Positions 63,701-64,000 of a stretch of DNA of 64,000 nucleotides are shown here, piece by piece (within the stretch, counting starts at the first letter, position 1; the number at the start of each line of letters is the position of its first letter). Location of the stretch: the NCBI GenBank assembly GCA_028534125.1, contig CM052817.1:88414001-88478000 (forward strand). The letters run 5' to 3'. The position numbers were made by a program, and so were the translations under genes. Below the pieces are notes generated by a model that was not told the origin of the DNA, made no database searches, and worked only from the letters and a program-made list of their open reading frames with translations. The stretch is from Lama glama (taxonomy: Eukaryota).

Positions 63701-64000
63701 AAGAAAGATAAGGGGATATCTATAAAAACATGAACCGTCAGTTATACTAATTAAGTACCTAATGCTAGTCGAAGGTTAACTAATCCCCATTCAATCCACA
63801 CTGATAGAGAAAACCAAAGTTTGTTTTTATTGAAGAAAACCAGGGCATCAGAAAATAAACTGTAAGAAGAGAGCCTAGAAGGAAAACTGGATTTTAGACC
63901 AGAATTACAAGTTAAGCAAGAACAGGGCTGCTCTGAGGGAACTTGGGGAGTCTTTCTTTACCCTTCTCTCTGACAGCCCAGAAGTAGAAATGATTGTACA

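Noticed and set aside
1..64000. rRNA, tRNA, snRNA genes, CRISPR arrays, operons
   Set aside because: None recognised by eye. Short or divergent ncRNAs cannot be excluded without Infernal or tRNAscan-SE.

Overview
Mammalian genomic DNA, AT-rich and repeat-dense, with no prokaryotic features. The young L1 3' UTRs and the lack of recognisable Alu, B1, Bov-tA/BovB, PRE-1 or Can-SINE elements suggest a cetartiodactyl, probably a camelid (inference). A large part of the window is transposable-element DNA: several L1 copies (the younger ones all on the - strand), L2/MIR, MLT1 LTRs, Tigger/hAT MITEs and an ERV1-like provirus 5' end at the right edge. I recognise no known protein-coding gene; the long ORFs in the track are L1 or ERV remnants, or chance. 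Signals these repeats do not explain are: (1) a dense + strand Pol II promoter at about 545-770 (CCAAT x2, RFX X-box/MYB, kB-like, full CRE, TATA) followed by a splice donor, with candidate exons that can join into a 60-aa micro-ORF; (2) a chain of small - strand candidate exons that join in phase into a 67-aa C-terminus and interleave with the + strand exons; (3) a 62-bp near-perfect inverted repeat in unique DNA; (4) a ~9.8-kb composite L1 insertion with a polyadenylated non-L1 tail, an unusually long (~150-160 bp) target duplication and templated inversions; (5) a CpG-retaining, CRE-rich patch inside ancient repeats. I cannot claim a new biological system from sequence alone, and all gene models are hypotheses. 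Repeat family names come from recalled consensus motifs and their boundaries are approximate.
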